Assembly (NCBI RefSeq): GCF_006345805.1
Contig: NC_043006.1
Span: forward strand, 65,844,001 to 65,908,000
DNA length: 64,000 nt
Direction of reading: 5' to 3'
Source: Octopus sinensis
Lineage: Eukaryota
Positions 62,201-64,000 of the stretch are shown here, one piece after another. Both the position numbers and the translations under genes were made by a program. The notes beneath the pieces are model-generated. The model searched no databases, had not been told where the DNA came from, and saw only the letters and a list, made by a program, of their open reading frames with translations. Position 1 is the stretch's first letter. Every line of letters begins with the position of its first letter.

Positions 62201-63487
62201 TCAGGTCATCCCATAAGTTCTGTCCGATTTTACCTTTTTTAAAATTGAATGAAATTTAATAGTATTTTAGATTGTCTAATGGAATTAAAAATTATTTTTA
62301 TGCATTTGTGTACATTTAAACTAATTAGATATTATTTCACAGAATAATTGAATTAAAATTTCTTTGATTAAAACCCTTTCTAAAATGGATATATCCAAAG
62401 AGCATTTAAGGCACATAATGCTTTATGAGTACAAAAAAGGAAACTCTTCAACCAAAGTGACTCGAAACATACACTCAGTTTATGGGAAAGAATGCTTGAA
62501 TGAAAGAACTTGCAGAAGATGGTTTGCAAAATTCAGAAGTAGAGATTTCAGACTTGAAGATGAAGATCGAACAGAACGTCCAGTTGAGTTTGATGATAAG
62601 CTCTTTGAGGCATTACTTGAAGAAAATCCTGCATTATCAGTTGAAGAATTGGCAATAAAGCTTAGTTCAAACCATAAAACTGTTCATCATCATCTTCAAC
62701 AATTTGGAAAGGTTCCTAAACTTGGAAAATGGGTGCCTCATGAATTGTCCGAAAGTAACCACAAATCCCGAGTTGACATCTGCTCTTCTCTCCATTCTCG
62801 CGAATTCATTTCACCCTTTTTGGATATACTTGTGACTGGTGACGCAAAATGGATCTTCTATTGAAATGTTAAATGTCGTAAACAGTGGCTAGGTAAAAGG
62901 GTATAAAATTTCTACCACAACTGAGAAGGGAACTTCATGGGAAAAAGGCTCTTCTCTCTATTAGGTGGGATTGCAAAGGAGTAATTCACTTTGAATTGTT
63001 ACCACCTAATGCAACAATCAATGCTCAAGTTTATTGTCAGCAATTAGAGCCTTTGAACCAAGCTTTGAAGAAAAAAAGACCCGTTTTAGTGAATCAAAAA
63101 GGAATGATGTTTCATCAGGACAATGTGTGACCCCACACTGCAAAGATCACATCACAGAAGATTGAAGAGCTTGGTTGGGAAAAAAATTCCCCATCCACCT
63201 TATTATCCTGATCTTGCTCCTTCAGAGTACCATTTGTTTTGTAGCTTACAGAATCATTTGGGGGACATAACTTTCGCAGGCCAGGGGGAGGTCAAAATTG
63301 ACATTTCAGAGTTCTTTGCTTTGAAACCAAGGGAGTTTTACATTGATGGGATTAAAAAGCTTGTAAATAGATGGAAGTCATAGATAATCAAGGAAAGTAC
63401 ATTAATGATTAAATTTCAATTAAATATAACATTTGATCACTTGTTTTCTTTATTCAAAATTCGGACAGAACTTACGGGATGACCTGA
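62201..63487 (+). mobile_element. Full-length but inactivated mariner (Tc1/mariner) transposon
   Basis: TA TSDs at 62199-62200 and 63488-63489. TIRs tcaggtcatcccataagttctgtccgatttt and aaaattcggacagaacttacgggatgacctga. Transposase from ATG 62385 has WVPHEL and HPPYYPDLAPSEYHLF motifs, a stop at 62862-62864 and frameshifts. 1287 bp. Confidence 0.95.
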
Positions 63488-64000
63488 TAGAAGAATTACA
63501 TCATCATCATCATCATTGTTTATCGCCCATTTTCCATACTGGCATGGGTTGGGCAGTTTGACTAAAAGCTGGGGAGCTGTGCCAGATTCCAATCTGATAT
63601 GCTGAAGTTTCTACAGGCCTTCCTAAAGTTGCATAATTATCACAAGACTTATTCAGTTTCGTTTGGAACATGAGACTCTGAGCAACAGTCTTGTGATAAT
63701 TTTGCAGCTTTAATAAATAGATATTATTCTACCTTCAGTATTCAGGTATTATTTTTACCACATTGTTTTGCACTTAAGTGCTCACCTGTGTCTATATATC
63801 TTTATTTTAAAAATTCAAATAAGTCATCATTATCTATAAAAATAATGATAAAGTTGTCAGCAAATGTTATTCAAATAAGCAAAATATGTAATAAATATAT
63901 AGTCATCCCATGACTTTTTATACAGTTTGACAATTTTTTATACAGATGACAATTATACAGTTTTAATTAGCAATTGATTAACTATATATATATATATACA

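Overview
AT-rich eukaryotic genomic DNA, very probably from an octopus or other coleoid cephalopod. That assignment is an inference from the tRNA-derived SINE families and (TA)n/(CA)n microsatellites that fill most of it. Two spliced + strand genes are supported. (1) LSM12: four coding exons (13645-13778, 18308-18417, 21642-21771, 28186-28278). The intron upstream of the first visible exon ends in a U12-type (minor spliceosome) branch point, and the first coding exon could not be found in the window. (2) An aldo-keto reductase with five coding exons (46319-61076; it continues past the window). Its catalytic D/Y/K/H tetrad is intact and its motifs look like bacterial YhdN/IolS-type AKRs. The rest is transposable-element derived: several SINE families, a full-length decayed mariner (62201-63487), an internally deleted mariner (19622-20173), a 952-bp foldback element with a 9-bp TSD (8441-9392), hAT, Helentron-like, RTE, CR1 and Penelope fragments, plus U6 and tRNA-Ser pseudogenes. 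The best candidates for something undescribed are small mobile units carrying variant minimal hammerhead-ribozyme cores (34042-34083, 56599-56681, 56152-56181), the bacterial-type AKR, the minor intron in LSM12, and two unclassified inverted-repeat elements. No CRISPR, rRNA or intact tRNA gene was seen. All homology calls are by eye and from memory; no searches were run.
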